Of a stretch of DNA of 26,750 nucleotides, positions 1 to 9,384 are shown one piece after another. Both the position numbers and the translations under genes were made by a program. Under the pieces are notes generated by a model that did not search any database, was not told the origin of the DNA, and saw only the letters and a list, made by a program, of their open reading frames with translations. Every line of letters starts with the position of its first letter. Position 1 is the first letter of the stretch. The stretch comes from Silvanigrellaceae bacterium (lineage in GTDB: Bacteria > Bdellovibrionota_B > Oligoflexia > Silvanigrellales > Silvanigrellaceae): contig JBMSQQ010000048.1 of NCBI GenBank assembly GCA_049423385.1, positions 1 through 26,750 of the forward strand, written 5' to 3'.

Positions 1-1483
1 CGCAGCGAGCGGCTGCCTGCCAACGCGAATTCATCTGCTGGGCACTGTTTGCATCAAGTTTGGGTTGGAATGTTGTTTCCGGTGTTGGCTGGGGGAGGGT
101 GCTTTGTGGGCGAAGTCCCTTCAAGGCTGCAGCAGCCGCTCCACGTGCCGTTGTTTCAAAGTTGGTGGGTCGCACCAATGTTGTTTGAAGCGAATCAGCC
201 TGGAACTGCATGAGGTCATTGTTTTGCGCTGCACCGCCATCAACTCCGACCTTTGAGATTTTCAGGCCCGAGTCTTTTTGCATCAGTTCGAGTAATTGTG
301 CGTTTTGCAGTGCAATGCTTTCGACCACGGCCCGCGCGACCTGGGATTTGCTGGTTCCGCGCGACAAACCAAAAAGGGCACCCTTTGCGTGAGGGTTCCA
401 GAAGGGGGCGCCAAGTCCTGCCAAGGCAGGCACAAAAAGCACGTTTGGATCACGCGCGTCCTGATTCGCAAGAGCTTCGATTTCCGACGCAGCCTTGATC
501 CATCCAAATTGGTCGCGCAGATATTGCACTGCAGCTCCAGCAATGAACGCTGCGCCTTCGAGTGCATAGCTCAGCTTGCCATCGCTGTGGCCGAACGCCA
601 CGGTGGTGAGCAGACCTGAGTGGCTGGGAACCGCCTTTTCGCCAGTGTTCATCAACAGAAATGCGCCTGTTCCATATGTGATTTTTGCTTCACCACTTGT
701 GGTGCAGCCTTGGCCGAAAAGTGCTGCCTGCTGATCTCCCAGTACCCCAGTGATGGGAATATTGTCGGGCAGAACAGACAATCCACGGGTCTTGCCGAAT
801 GTTCCGCAGCTGGGAATAATTTTTGCCAACGCACTCTTGGGTACGCCAAACAAACCAAGGAGTTCATCGTCCCAATTGCCGGTCTTGAGGTTGAACAAGA
901 GAGTTCTTGAGGCATTGGTAGGATCGGTTGTGAATGACTCATGATTGCTGAGTTTGAAAATCAGGAAACTGTCGATGGTTCCCAAACACAGATTGTTTGT
1001 GGCATTCCATTGCAGCAGTTGAGGCCGGTTCTTCAGCAGCCATTCCATTTTGGTGCCACTGAAATAGGGATCGCAAACGAGTCCTGTGCGCTGGCGGATT
1101 TTGTCGTTCCAGGTGCTCTCGCGCAGCCCAAGGCAGCGTTCTGCGGTGCGTCTGTCTTGCCACACCAAAGCATTGCCCGCAGTTTCTCCGCTGGTGCGAT
1201 GCCAGGCAACACAGGTTTCACGTTGGTTGGTGACACCAATCGAAATGATGTCCTCCTTGCGCGCTTTGGGGTGTTTGCCCTGCAATTGGCTCCAGCTTTT
1301 TTCGATGGCTGTGAGCACGCTTTTCCAGATGTCATCCGGGTTGTGCTCAACCCAACCGGGTTGTGGGAATATTTGCGGGAATTCGACTTTTTGGTGCGCG
1401 AGCATTTCGAGGGAGTCCGCAAGAAAAAATGCCGCGCTTGAACCTGTCGTGCCTTGGTCAATAGCCAGAATGAGTTCTGCCAT
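1..1483 (-). CDS. glpK: Glycerol kinase (FGGY family); 3' end runs off the left edge of the window
   Basis: Not in the ORF track. Manual translation from ATG 1483 gives MAELILAIDQGTTGSSAA...IGVTNQRETCVAW...WQDRRT...FVPALAGLGAPFWNPHAKG...VDGGAAQNNDLMQFQAD...RPTNFETTARGAA...SRWQAAARC, still open at base 1. These are canonical GlpK motifs over about 494 codons. Confidence 0.96.
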   Translation of the reverse strand, partial: MAELILAIDQGTTGSSAAFFLADSLEMLAHQKVEFPQIFPQPGWVEHNPDDIWKSVLTAIEKSWSQLQGKHPKARKEDIISIGVTNQRETCVAWHRTSGETAGNALVWQDRRTAERCLGLRESTWNDKIRQRTGLVCDPYFSGTKMEWLLKNRPQLLQWNATNNLCLGTIDSFLIFKLSNHESFTTDPTNASRTLLFNLKTGNWDDELLGLFGVPKSALAKIIPSCGTFGKTRGLSVLPDNIPITGVLGDQQAALFGQGCTTSGEAKITYGTGAFLLMNTGEKAVPSHSGLLTTVAFGHSDGKLSYALEGAAFIAGAAVQYLRDQFGWIKAASEIEALANQDARDPNVLFVPALAGLGAPFWNPHAKGALFGLSRGTSKSQVARAVVESIALQNAQLLELMQKDSGLKISKVGVDGGAAQNNDLMQFQADSLQTTLVRPTNFETTARGAAAAALKGLRPQSTLPQPTPETTFQPKLDANSAQQMNSRWQAAARC

Positions 1484-1574
1484 GTTACCCTCGTTTGATT
1501 GAATTTGTGCCTCGTAGGATAAGGTGATGGGCATGACTGTGCAACCTCTGCATGCAAGCAAGTCGACAAGCGAA

Positions 1575-2696
1575 ATGGCAAACAACTCAGCAGGCAACTC
1601 GAACCAACTTTTGGAGACATTGCCGCTCGAGCAGCAGGCCGGCTTGTTTGTCTGGCCTTCTCTGGCGGGCCCCGAAATCAGCCCTGAAGAAAAATATTTG
1701 TTGTCGTTGTACAAGCCGAGCGGTGTGGTCTTGTTCAGGCGCAGCATGAAGACCCTTGCTCAAGCGCGTAAATTGTGTGCAGAAATTCATGAGCTTACAA
1801 AGGCTGATCACCAACCTCTCGGTGCGGTGGTTGCCATCGACGAAGAGGGCGGGCGGGTTTACCGCATGCCAGCTCCCTTTCCTCGCATCGAGCCCGCGGC
1901 GGCATTTGCATCTCCCGAACGAGAAGATGATTTGCGCTCGCAGATCATCCTGCAAGCGTCGACCGCAAAGGCCATCGGCATCGATTGCATGATTGCGCCC
2001 GTTGTAGATGTTCTCACGCGCACCGACAATCCAGCGATTGGCGATCGTTCTTTCAGTCCCGATGCCGAAACGGTTTCACGCTGCGCAAAGATCGTGGCCG
2101 AGGAGATACGTCGCGCAGGATTGTTGAGTTGTGCGAAACATTTTCCTGGTCATGGACACACCGACAGCGATTCCCACAAGGGATTTGCAACAACGGATGT
2201 GGCTCTTGAAGTCTTGCGGATGCGTGAATGGTTGCCATTTCGCAGTCTCATTGAATCCAGCCAGATTCCAATGATTATGACTGCTCATGTGATTTGCAAA
2301 AGCATAGATTCTGCAGTGCCGGCAACCTTGAATGCGACCATTTTGAAAACGCATCTGCGCACGGAACTGAATTACGAGGGGCTCATTTTATCGGATGATC
2401 TGCGAATGAACGCTATCTCTGACCACTACTGCGTTGCAAAAAAAGTCACCGCAGCAATTGTGGATGATGGGCAAAACCCGGATGACGTTTCGGATGACTC
2501 CTTCCTGCGCAGCGCATCGTGCGACGCCTTGGAGGCAGGTTGCGATGTGTTGTTGAGTTGTCAGTCTATTGTTCGTGAAAAGACCGTTCTCGAGGCAGTG
2601 CGCGACCATCTTGCGACACATGGTGTCGATCGATGGAAGGACAAATTGGAACGAGTACAACGGTTACTTCTGAACCGAAGGAGTCTTGAGAGTTGA
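1575..2696 (+). CDS. nagZ: Beta-N-acetylhexosaminidase, GH3 (NagZ)
   Basis: Motifs DEEGGRV, APVVDV, IGDRSFS, KHFPGHGHTDSDSH (Asp-His dyad), MTAHV and SDDLRM (nucleophile). Start uncertain, 1524-1575. Confidence 0.9.
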   Translation: MANNSAGNSNQLLETLPLEQQAGLFVWPSLAGPEISPEEKYLLSLYKPSGVVLFRRSMKTLAQARKLCAEIHELTKADHQPLGAVVAIDEEGGRVYRMPAPFPRIEPAAAFASPEREDDLRSQIILQASTAKAIGIDCMIAPVVDVLTRTDNPAIGDRSFSPDAETVSRCAKIVAEEIRRAGLLSCAKHFPGHGHTDSDSHKGFATTDVALEVLRMREWLPFRSLIESSQIPMIMTAHVICKSIDSAVPATLNATILKTHLRTELNYEGLILSDDLRMNAISDHYCVAKKVTAAIVDDGQNPDDVSDDSFLRSASCDALEAGCDVLLSCQSIVREKTVLEAVRDHLATHGVDRWKDKLERVQRLLLNRRSLES

Positions 2697-3134
2697 ATGT
2701 TGCACCTTGAGAGGGTGAATGCTTGTGATGGTGACGTCGCCATCGGCAACCCTCAAGGTGACTTCCTTGCTGTTTTTGGTGTTGTAAAGAGTCGGAACGC
2801 CCGCCAGGATTCGCAAGGTTCGAGCTTTTTTCTCACTGGGAGCAGTGATCTGTACAACCGCAGCTTGCGAGTTTGGATTCACCAAATTGAGAGTCAAATT
2901 GTCGTTCAAGCCGCTCAGCTGAACGGCACTTTTGCGTCGAACCATAATAGGATAATCGCCCGGCACCGTGACGTCGCCGTCGCGTGGAAGATCATTCAAA
3001 TCGAGTCCATAGAATGCCATTGCAGGGGTGATGCCTGTTGCTGTAAAAATCGACAGGAGCAAGAACGATGCAGCTGCAATTGTCCTCGACCTAGGGTAAC
3101 GGCACGACGTGATTTGCATGAAGAGCACTCCCAA
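2664..3134 (-). CDS. Hypothetical exported protein, about 150 aa, beta-rich
   Basis: Basic N-terminus, hydrophobic stretch and an AMA|F cleavage-like site. Fills the gap between nagZ and tonB. Overlaps the nagZ 3' end convergently by 33 nt. Confidence 0.65.
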   Translation of the reverse strand: MGVLFMQITSCRYPRSRTIAAASFLLLSIFTATGITPAMAFYGLDLNDLPRDGDVTVPGDYPIMVRRKSAVQLSGLNDNLTLNLVNPNSQAAVVQITAPSEKKARTLRILAGVPTLYNTKNSKEVTLRVADGDVTITSIHPLKVQHSTLKTPSVQK

Positions 3135-3307
3135 TAATCCCCATCATTGAGCTTTGGGATAGGTTATCGTTTCATGACAGGTTTGTGCATACCCGGTGAG
3201 CCGCGCTTTTGACGTTCATTCAACTCCCGGAGATTTCGGCCTATCTGTTGAGAGTTTTGTGTTCACATGACAGAGTGCTGTGTTGAAAATTTTTCAGGAG
3301 CAATTCG

Positions 3308-4012
3308 GTGATTTTGCAGAGAGTGAATGCTCAGAATGCTTTCATTATCAGCGCGGTTTTGCACTTTTGCATACTGTGGATCGCCGCTTTGACCTTGCCG
3401 GATCAGCTGAAACCCAAGGAGCCCCAATCGGTGAAGGTCCGGCTGGCAGAGCCACAGAAAGCGCCTCAACCTGTGGCAGAATCAATCAGCACTCCAAAGC
3501 CAAGACCTCCCGTACGCGTCGACCGGAGGCAGCCGCCTCCCGAAAAGCCCATCGAGAAGCCTGAGGTTCGTGCGGGACTTTCCGATTCTTTGGCCAAACC
3601 CGGAACTGCGAACGCAAGTGCTCCGGCTATCGCAGTTGGCAATTCGAGTCTTGCGACGGTCAATCCTGACGATGCAAACAAGCCACCACCTGCTCCATTG
3701 TCCGGCAACGACGTCGATAATGTTTCCGAGGCGGTTGCCGACACACCGGCGCGATGTCCCGTTCCTCCCAATCTGGAGTTGACGACGGATGCTCTGAATG
3801 CGGGACTCACAAATGCCGAGGTCGTGATTGAAGTTGTGGTCTCTGCCATCGGTGATGTTCGTGATGCGAAACTCAAGACAGGTACCGGCTATGACATCGA
3901 CAAGATCGCACTCAAAGCCGCCTTGAAGCTCAAGTGCTCGCCGGCAATTTTGTCCGGAAAAGCTGTGGGCGTTGCAGGAAAGAAACTCGTTTGGAAGGTG
4001 ATGTATGACTAG
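3308..4012 (+). CDS. TonB-family energy transducer
   Basis: N-terminal TM helix with SxxxH-like motif (SAVLH), a Pro-rich linker and a TonB_C-like C-terminus (VVIEVVVSAIGDVRDAKLKTGTGYDIDKIALKAALKLKCSPA). AGGAG precedes the GTG start. Confidence 0.85.
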   Translation: MILQRVNAQNAFIISAVLHFCILWIAALTLPDQLKPKEPQSVKVRLAEPQKAPQPVAESISTPKPRPPVRVDRRQPPPEKPIEKPEVRAGLSDSLAKPGTANASAPAIAVGNSSLATVNPDDANKPPPAPLSGNDVDNVSEAVADTPARCPVPPNLELTTDALNAGLTNAEVVIEVVVSAIGDVRDAKLKTGTGYDIDKIALKAALKLKCSPAILSGKAVGVAGKKLVWKVMYD

Positions 4013-6410
4013 GAAGATTCTCTTGGGGGCTTTTCTTTCGTCGCAGGTGTTGACGGCGGTGGCGGAAACGACTTCACCCGCTGTCACCCCCTCACCCGCT
4101 GCCACTGCAACTCCTGCTGTCACGCCCACACCTCCCGCCTCTCCGGATTCTGTTGCCACCCCCACACCTGCTGCAGCTGCCACTGCAACTCCTGCGCCGT
4201 TCGCCAAGGAAAGCGAAAAGAAGCTTCGCAAGGTGAAGGGAACGGTCGGAGCTTTGGGCAGCAAAAAAAAGGTTCAGGGTGTTTCGATTGTCGCATTGCC
4301 TGCGAAGGAGATGACAACCGAAACGGCCGCAGATGGTGGATTCGAATTCGAAATACCGTCGGATGTGACGATTCTTTCCTTCAAGAAAGAGGGATACGTA
4401 CCACTTCAATATCAATTGGCACCCGATCAAACCGACATGGGCTTGTTGATGCTGGAACCCGCTGCAGAGCTCCTGGGTGTTGGCATCATTCGGGCACGCC
4501 GCAAGGTTGAAGTCAGTCAACAAAGTCTGACTCGCGATGAGATTCTGCGTGTTCCAGGAACCGGTGGAGATCCTGTTGCAGCATTGCAGACCTTGCCTTC
4601 GGTATTGCCGGTCTTTCCTGGCGCGGCCAACGTAGTCGTGCGCGGCAGTGCACCGGAAGACACGAAAAGTTTTTATGATCGGCTGGAATTGCCGTTTGTA
4701 TTTCACCTCGGCGGTCTCGGAACAGTGATTCCGACCCGCGCACTCGAGGGAATCGATTTTTTCCCGGGCGGATTTTCCTCGCTTTACAACGATGCTATTG
4801 GCGCGACCATTCAATTGCGCTCGGAGAACAAAACTCCTCAGAGGACTTCCGGTGAAGTCGAATTTGCCCTCAAGCAATCTGCCGTGTTTTTGGAATCGCC
4901 GACACAAGCGTTTGGTGAATCTCCCGTTGGCGTTCGTGCAGGTTTTCGTCGCAGCTATCTTGAACTTTTCGTGCCAATCATAAAAAAGGTGGCTGGCAAT
5001 CGGCTGCAGCTCTTCACTGTTCCGAATATCACCGATTATCAGCTGATCCTCGATGGCAAACACAGCCGCGGGACTTGGCAGGCTTACCTTGTTGGCGCCG
5101 CAGATCGATTGAACCTCGTTGTTCCAGCGGGTCAATCAAACAATTCCGATGGCACGGCCCAATTTTCCTTGTTCAATTATTTTGAGGTCGCAGGTTTCCG
5201 TTACAGTGCCAATTTGGGGGATGGTTGGGGTTTGACGGCCGTTCCCCAACAGCGTCTGGTCATCGTCAATCAGGAAATTTTCGACAATACAGTCGATGTG
5301 CGCGGAAACCGCTTTGGACTCGATGTTGCCTTGGATAAAAAATTCAGCAATGAATTTTCGGCATCGATTGGAGTTCGGCCTGAGTACGACAGAACCGTTT
5401 CCAAGGTCAATGCAATTCAGCTGCCGCCAACCGGCTTCACTCCTTTTTTCGACACAGACACAGCCACAAAAACGACCTCCGACGTCAAGCGCAATACGAC
5501 CACGATCCAAGGGCACATCGATGCGATTTGGAAACCGGGCGAAAATGTGATGCTCAACCCCGGGCTTGCTTTTCTGCAAGGAAACAAGTCGACCCAGCGC
5601 GCGGCAGACCCGCGTTTTTCGTCGCGTTGGCAGGCGACCGACAGCACTGCATTCAAATTGGCTGCAGGCATCTACAGCCAGCGACCCGGACCACAATTCG
5701 ATTCGATTGATTATGGCAATCCCGATTTGACGCTCGAAAAGGCACGGCATCTGGTTCTTGGTGTTGAAAACAAGATTGTCGATGACGTGGATGTTGACCT
5801 GCAGGTCTATCAAAAGAAACTTTGGGACTTGGTGGGCACCGCAACCACGAACCCACTGCTCAAGTATGAAAACAATATCGAAGGCCGAGCCTATGGTGCT
5901 GAAATATTGCTGCGCAAGACACGCAAGGGCGTCTGGAATGGTTGGTTGAGCTATGGCTACAGCCGTTCCGAGCGCCGCGATCCTGCACTCGATCAATGGC
6001 GCATTTTCAGCTTCGATCGCCCGCATTCACTGAATGTTGTGGGGTCCTACAGGTTTACGGGCCGTTGGGAACTGGGCGCCCGGTTCCAGTATTTGAGTGG
6101 CGGTCCATACAATATCCTCAATGGTGGAACGTTTAACCAGAACACAGGTCGCTATCGACCCAATGCGCCGACGCCAACTCCGGTGATCAGCATCAATGAT
6201 GGTCGCAATCCTCCCTTTGCTCAGCTCGACGTCCGCACCGATTACGATTTCCTGTTCAGCGATTGGACCCTCACCACATTCTTTGAATTGCAGAATGCAA
6301 CCAATCGGGAAAACACCGTGGGCTATCGGAATGCGCCCGACTTCAGCAGCCGGGAGCCGATTGCCGGTACGCCAATCATTCCCAACCTTGGCATCAAAGC
6401 CGTATTTTGA
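4005..6410 (+). CDS. TonB-dependent outer-membrane receptor (myxobacterial type, N-terminal carboxypeptidase-regulatory-like domain)
   Basis: Signal peptide, P/A/T linker, plug motifs PGTGGDP..LQTLPSV and VRGSAPEDT..YD..LPFVFH..FFPGGFS, beta-barrel signatures (GRAYGAEILLRK, GWLSYGYS, ELQNATN) and a C-terminal Phe. Overlaps the tonB stop. Confidence 0.92.
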   Translation: MTRKILLGAFLSSQVLTAVAETTSPAVTPSPAATATPAVTPTPPASPDSVATPTPAAAATATPAPFAKESEKKLRKVKGTVGALGSKKKVQGVSIVALPAKEMTTETAADGGFEFEIPSDVTILSFKKEGYVPLQYQLAPDQTDMGLLMLEPAAELLGVGIIRARRKVEVSQQSLTRDEILRVPGTGGDPVAALQTLPSVLPVFPGAANVVVRGSAPEDTKSFYDRLELPFVFHLGGLGTVIPTRALEGIDFFPGGFSSLYNDAIGATIQLRSENKTPQRTSGEVEFALKQSAVFLESPTQAFGESPVGVRAGFRRSYLELFVPIIKKVAGNRLQLFTVPNITDYQLILDGKHSRGTWQAYLVGAADRLNLVVPAGQSNNSDGTAQFSLFNYFEVAGFRYSANLGDGWGLTAVPQQRLVIVNQEIFDNTVDVRGNRFGLDVALDKKFSNEFSASIGVRPEYDRTVSKVNAIQLPPTGFTPFFDTDTATKTTSDVKRNTTTIQGHIDAIWKPGENVMLNPGLAFLQGNKSTQRAADPRFSSRWQATDSTAFKLAAGIYSQRPGPQFDSIDYGNPDLTLEKARHLVLGVENKIVDDVDVDLQVYQKKLWDLVGTATTNPLLKYENNIEGRAYGAEILLRKTRKGVWNGWLSYGYSRSERRDPALDQWRIFSFDRPHSLNVVGSYRFTGRWELGARFQYLSGGPYNILNGGTFNQNTGRYRPNAPTPTPVISINDGRNPPFAQLDVRTDYDFLFSDWTLTTFFELQNATNRENTVGYRNAPDFSSREPIAGTPIIPNLGIKAVF
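4098..4195 (+). repeat. 20-nt direct repeat gctgccactgcaactcctgc (4098-4117 and 4176-4195) in the Pro/Ala/Thr linker of the receptor
   Basis: Exact duplicate read from the sequence. It encodes AATATPA twice. Confidence 0.9.
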
Positions 6411-6421
6411 GGAGGCGGGTC

Positions 6422-7396
6422 ATGACATCTCGTTTGACGTTGTTGGTTGTTGGTGCGTTGGCCCTGACATCTTGTCGCGCTGGACGTAATTTTTATGTGC
6501 TCGAGGAAATCAGGGTTCCTGCATTGCAGTCATTGCAGAAAGTCGATGCGGCGATTGATGGCCAGCATTGCTTCGATTTGAACGGTGAGAAGGTCTGCCA
6601 ACAATACCCCTTGCGTCCTGCGGAGAAAATCCACTTCCGGTTCTTGGCTCTCGCACCTTCGACGACCGCTCCGATGACAATGTCGGTCGCAAAGTTGAAG
6701 CGTGCCAAGTTGCCTCAGCTGCTCGACGCGAATTCCGACTGCGAAACAATTCTCAAGGCCGCAGCAAAGATCCAGAACGTCGAGGTTCCTGTTTCCACGC
6801 TGGGTTTGAGTGAGGCTTCCTGGCGTCGTGAATTGAAACAGGAAACCCCCATGCATATTGAAGAACATGTTCTAACCTTCAACACCCCGGCATTTGAGAC
6901 CTTGTTGAACGAGGCGCTTGTGGCTGGCTGGTTGCCCCTTTTCACCCTGGAATATGATGCGAAGATTGAGGGTGATGTGTTTCGCGCGGATCGTGGTGCA
7001 TTCACTTTCGTCATTGCCTCGGCGCCACAAGGTAATGCCGGAGGGGGGACAAACGGCGGAACAAGCGACTCCGCCCGATGTCTTGCCAAAGCCTTTGCCG
7101 GAAATGGCACCACAACGACCAACACCGCTCCGTTCATCAAGAGCATGAGTCCGGCAGCAGGAAGCAAGGCTATTGGCTCACCCTTCGATTTGCAGATGAC
7201 CCTCTCCGATGCAGATCCGGATGATGGAGCAAAGCGTCGTGTTCAATGGTACTTGAGCAGGGGAGAGCTTGAAAATCAGCGCGCTGCCAGTACACGATTG
7301 ACTTTTTCGGGATCCGAGCCGTTGACAGCGGTCGGGGTTGTGCGCGATTTGCAGGGAGGGCTTGATTTCTCCTGGACAACCTTCACGGGGAATTGA
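6422..7396 (+). CDS. Lipoprotein associated with the TonB receptor
   Basis: GAGGAGG RBS before ATG 6422. Lipobox LALTS-C, four further Cys, and a C-terminal Ig-like segment ending VVRDLQGGLDFSW. Confidence 0.8.
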   Translation: MTSRLTLLVVGALALTSCRAGRNFYVLEEIRVPALQSLQKVDAAIDGQHCFDLNGEKVCQQYPLRPAEKIHFRFLALAPSTTAPMTMSVAKLKRAKLPQLLDANSDCETILKAAAKIQNVEVPVSTLGLSEASWRRELKQETPMHIEEHVLTFNTPAFETLLNEALVAGWLPLFTLEYDAKIEGDVFRADRGAFTFVIASAPQGNAGGGTNGGTSDSARCLAKAFAGNGTTTTNTAPFIKSMSPAAGSKAIGSPFDLQMTLSDADPDDGAKRRVQWYLSRGELENQRAASTRLTFSGSEPLTAVGVVRDLQGGLDFSWTTFTGN

Positions 7397-7442
7397 ACCG
7401 GATACGTTTTTTTAATTTCGCTCCCATTTGAATGAGGTCACT

Positions 7443-8456
7443 ATGTCTTTTTCATTTTTGAATGCAGAACAATCGGCGCGTTCCATAGACGTGACATCGA
7501 TCGAGAATGCCCTCGTCGATATGCTCGTGCGTGCCGAGGAGACAGACCTTCATCAATTGGGAATGCACAAGGGACGCATGCAGTTGGTTGAGGGCGGAGA
7601 TCAGGCTCGTGTGCTTGCGAATCTCGGTAAACTGACGGCTGAAGTTGAGCTTGGCGGAAGCGCTGCGAATGCATTGCGTGCCATGGCCCTTGTGGGTGCC
7701 GAGGTGAGTTACAGTTCTTGTGTTGCCAGGGATCAATACGGTGATTCTTTTTCAGCGCGTCTTGAGCAGTTGAGCATTCGCAATCGACTTGCGGTTGTGC
7801 AGGGGACGACCGGCACGTGTCTTGTCGTTGTCACGCCCGACGGGGAGCGCACCCTCAACACCCATTTGGGTGCTTGTCGTGCCTATCACAGAGGATTTGT
7901 TCCAGAGCAAGATATCAAGAACAGCAAAATCTTTTTCACCACCGGTTACGTCTGGGACACTCCGGAGCAAGTGGATGCCATCGAACATGCCTTGAATGTT
8001 GCCAAGCAAAACAACGTCAAAATCGCGCTTGATGTTGCTGATCCCTTCGTTGTTTCACGCAGCAAGGAGCTCTTCCAGCAGCTTTTCCGTTCGCACGTTT
8101 CGCTGGTATTCGCCAATGCACAGGAAGCGGAAATGCTGGTGGGTTGCACAGGTCAAAAGGCTGCCTTGACTCTTGGCGAACAAGTTGAACTTGCCGTCGT
8201 GAAAGATGGTGCGCAGGGAGCATGGATTTGCCATCGCGGAGAAGCTCTCCATATTCCAACCCGCAAGGTGAATGTCGTCGACACGACAGGCGCCGGTGAT
8301 TTGTTCGCAGGTGGTTTCCTTCTCGGGCTGGTACGAGGTCGCTCCCTGAAAACCTGTGGCGAACTTGGAACTCTTCTCGCGAGTGACACGGTGACTCACA
8401 TGGGTGTGCGTCTCAGCAAGGGAATCGAGCTGACCGCCCGTCAGCTTTTGTCGTAA
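7443..8456 (+). CDS. PfkB-family carbohydrate/nucleoside kinase (adenosine-kinase-like)
   Basis: Motifs NALVD, GGSAAN, GTCLVVVTPDGERTLNTHLGA, FANAQEA, VKDGAQG and DTTGAGDLFAGG (anion hole, catalytic Asp). Confidence 0.9.
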   Translation: MSFSFLNAEQSARSIDVTSIENALVDMLVRAEETDLHQLGMHKGRMQLVEGGDQARVLANLGKLTAEVELGGSAANALRAMALVGAEVSYSSCVARDQYGDSFSARLEQLSIRNRLAVVQGTTGTCLVVVTPDGERTLNTHLGACRAYHRGFVPEQDIKNSKIFFTTGYVWDTPEQVDAIEHALNVAKQNNVKIALDVADPFVVSRSKELFQQLFRSHVSLVFANAQEAEMLVGCTGQKAALTLGEQVELAVVKDGAQGAWICHRGEALHIPTRKVNVVDTTGAGDLFAGGFLLGLVRGRSLKTCGELGTLLASDTVTHMGVRLSKGIELTARQLLS

Positions 8457-9139
8457 ATCCGGGATTCCTGGATTTCCTTTTCAACGCTGGCAAAAATGAA
8501 GCGGATCCGCTCCTGTTTCGATAATGCGGTGCGAACAAGGCTGCTCGAAAGGGCGGCCACTTCGTTTCTGTGAATACCATCCATCCAGGCAATGTCACCG
8601 GCAGCAGGATCATCCAACGCAGGAAGCATCACGACACCGCTCGGGTGCGATTTTGGATGTTCACTCTTGAAGTCGTGATGCAGTGGTCTTGGACTCACAA
8701 ACAAGCGGGTGGTTTTGAGGAGTTCGTCACCATTCAGAGTTCCCGTGGTGGGATCCCTCCACTTCGGAATTCCGACAAACGAATCCCACCCAAGAATCAG
8801 GGAAAAACTCGAGGCGGGATGAGTTCGTCGCAACTGGGTCAATAACCAATGCGTTCCTCGATATGTTGGAAGCTGGAGTTCAATGTCTGAAACCTGAAGA
8901 TGGGCCTTGAGCTCTGGCGGGCATTCCTTCAGTGCCGATTGAAGCCAGGACAGCCTTTGTTGACCTGTCGCAACGGGAGATTTGTCCCATCTCTCCGGCG
9001 AAGGGACCAACCAGATTTCATCGATTTCACCACTATGTAGAGCCATCTGGGCGAGCAGGAAGTGACCAAAATGTGGGGGGTCAAAGGCTGCGCCGAGGAT
9101 TCCAATTCGATTTTTTTCTGGCTTTGTGCCTGAATTCAT
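8441..9139 (-). CDS. nadD: Nicotinate-nucleotide adenylyltransferase
   Basis: IGILGAAFDPPHFGH (HxGH), LILGWDSF..IPKW and SSSLVR motifs. Overlaps the PfkB gene convergently by 16 nt. Confidence 0.87.
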   Translation of the reverse strand: MNSGTKPEKNRIGILGAAFDPPHFGHFLLAQMALHSGEIDEIWLVPSPERWDKSPVATGQQRLSWLQSALKECPPELKAHLQVSDIELQLPTYRGTHWLLTQLRRTHPASSFSLILGWDSFVGIPKWRDPTTGTLNGDELLKTTRLFVSPRPLHHDFKSEHPKSHPSGVVMLPALDDPAAGDIAWMDGIHRNEVAALSSSLVRTALSKQERIRFIFASVEKEIQESRIYDKS

Positions 9140-9330
9140 GAGTTTTTATCCCCAGATGAGTTTGATTCGCCTGTCTTGAATGGAAGATCGGTCATAGCCA
9201 TCCCGAAGTTCAATGTTCTGTCCAAGTTCTTTGCACTGGCAAAGCAAAAGACACGATTCATTTCCCCCTTCAGACAATGCTGGATTTATAAGATAATGGA
9301 ATTATTGAAAATTAAAAAGTCAAGCTGTTT

Positions 9331-9347
9331 TTGGCACAGGTCCTGCT
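9331..9347 (+). promoter_or_regulatory. Putative sigma54 (-24/-12) promoter TTGGCACAGGTCCTGCT
   Basis: GG (9333-9334), N10, GC (9345-9346), matching TGGCAC-N5-(T/C)TGC. Lies about 40 nt upstream of ATG 9385 and follows an AT-rich tract. Confidence 0.6.
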
Positions 9348-9384
9348 GAGAGCTGTTCAAACGCATTGAGGCATGAGGTGTAGT

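Noticed and set aside
65..1502. Several plus-strand ORFs (e.g. 296-619, 941-1441, 1086-1502)
   Set aside because: Antisense shadows of glpK with no recognisable motifs.
3135..3307. Cobalamin riboswitch or Fur box upstream of tonB
   Set aside because: No B12-box motifs. The palindrome TGAAAA-T-TTTTCA (3284-3296) is 6-1-6, not the Fur 7-1-7 pattern, and is too short to call.
3482..6026. Long minus-strand ORFs 3482-4264, 4092-5135 and 5136-6026
   Set aside because: Antisense to the well-supported tonB and receptor genes.
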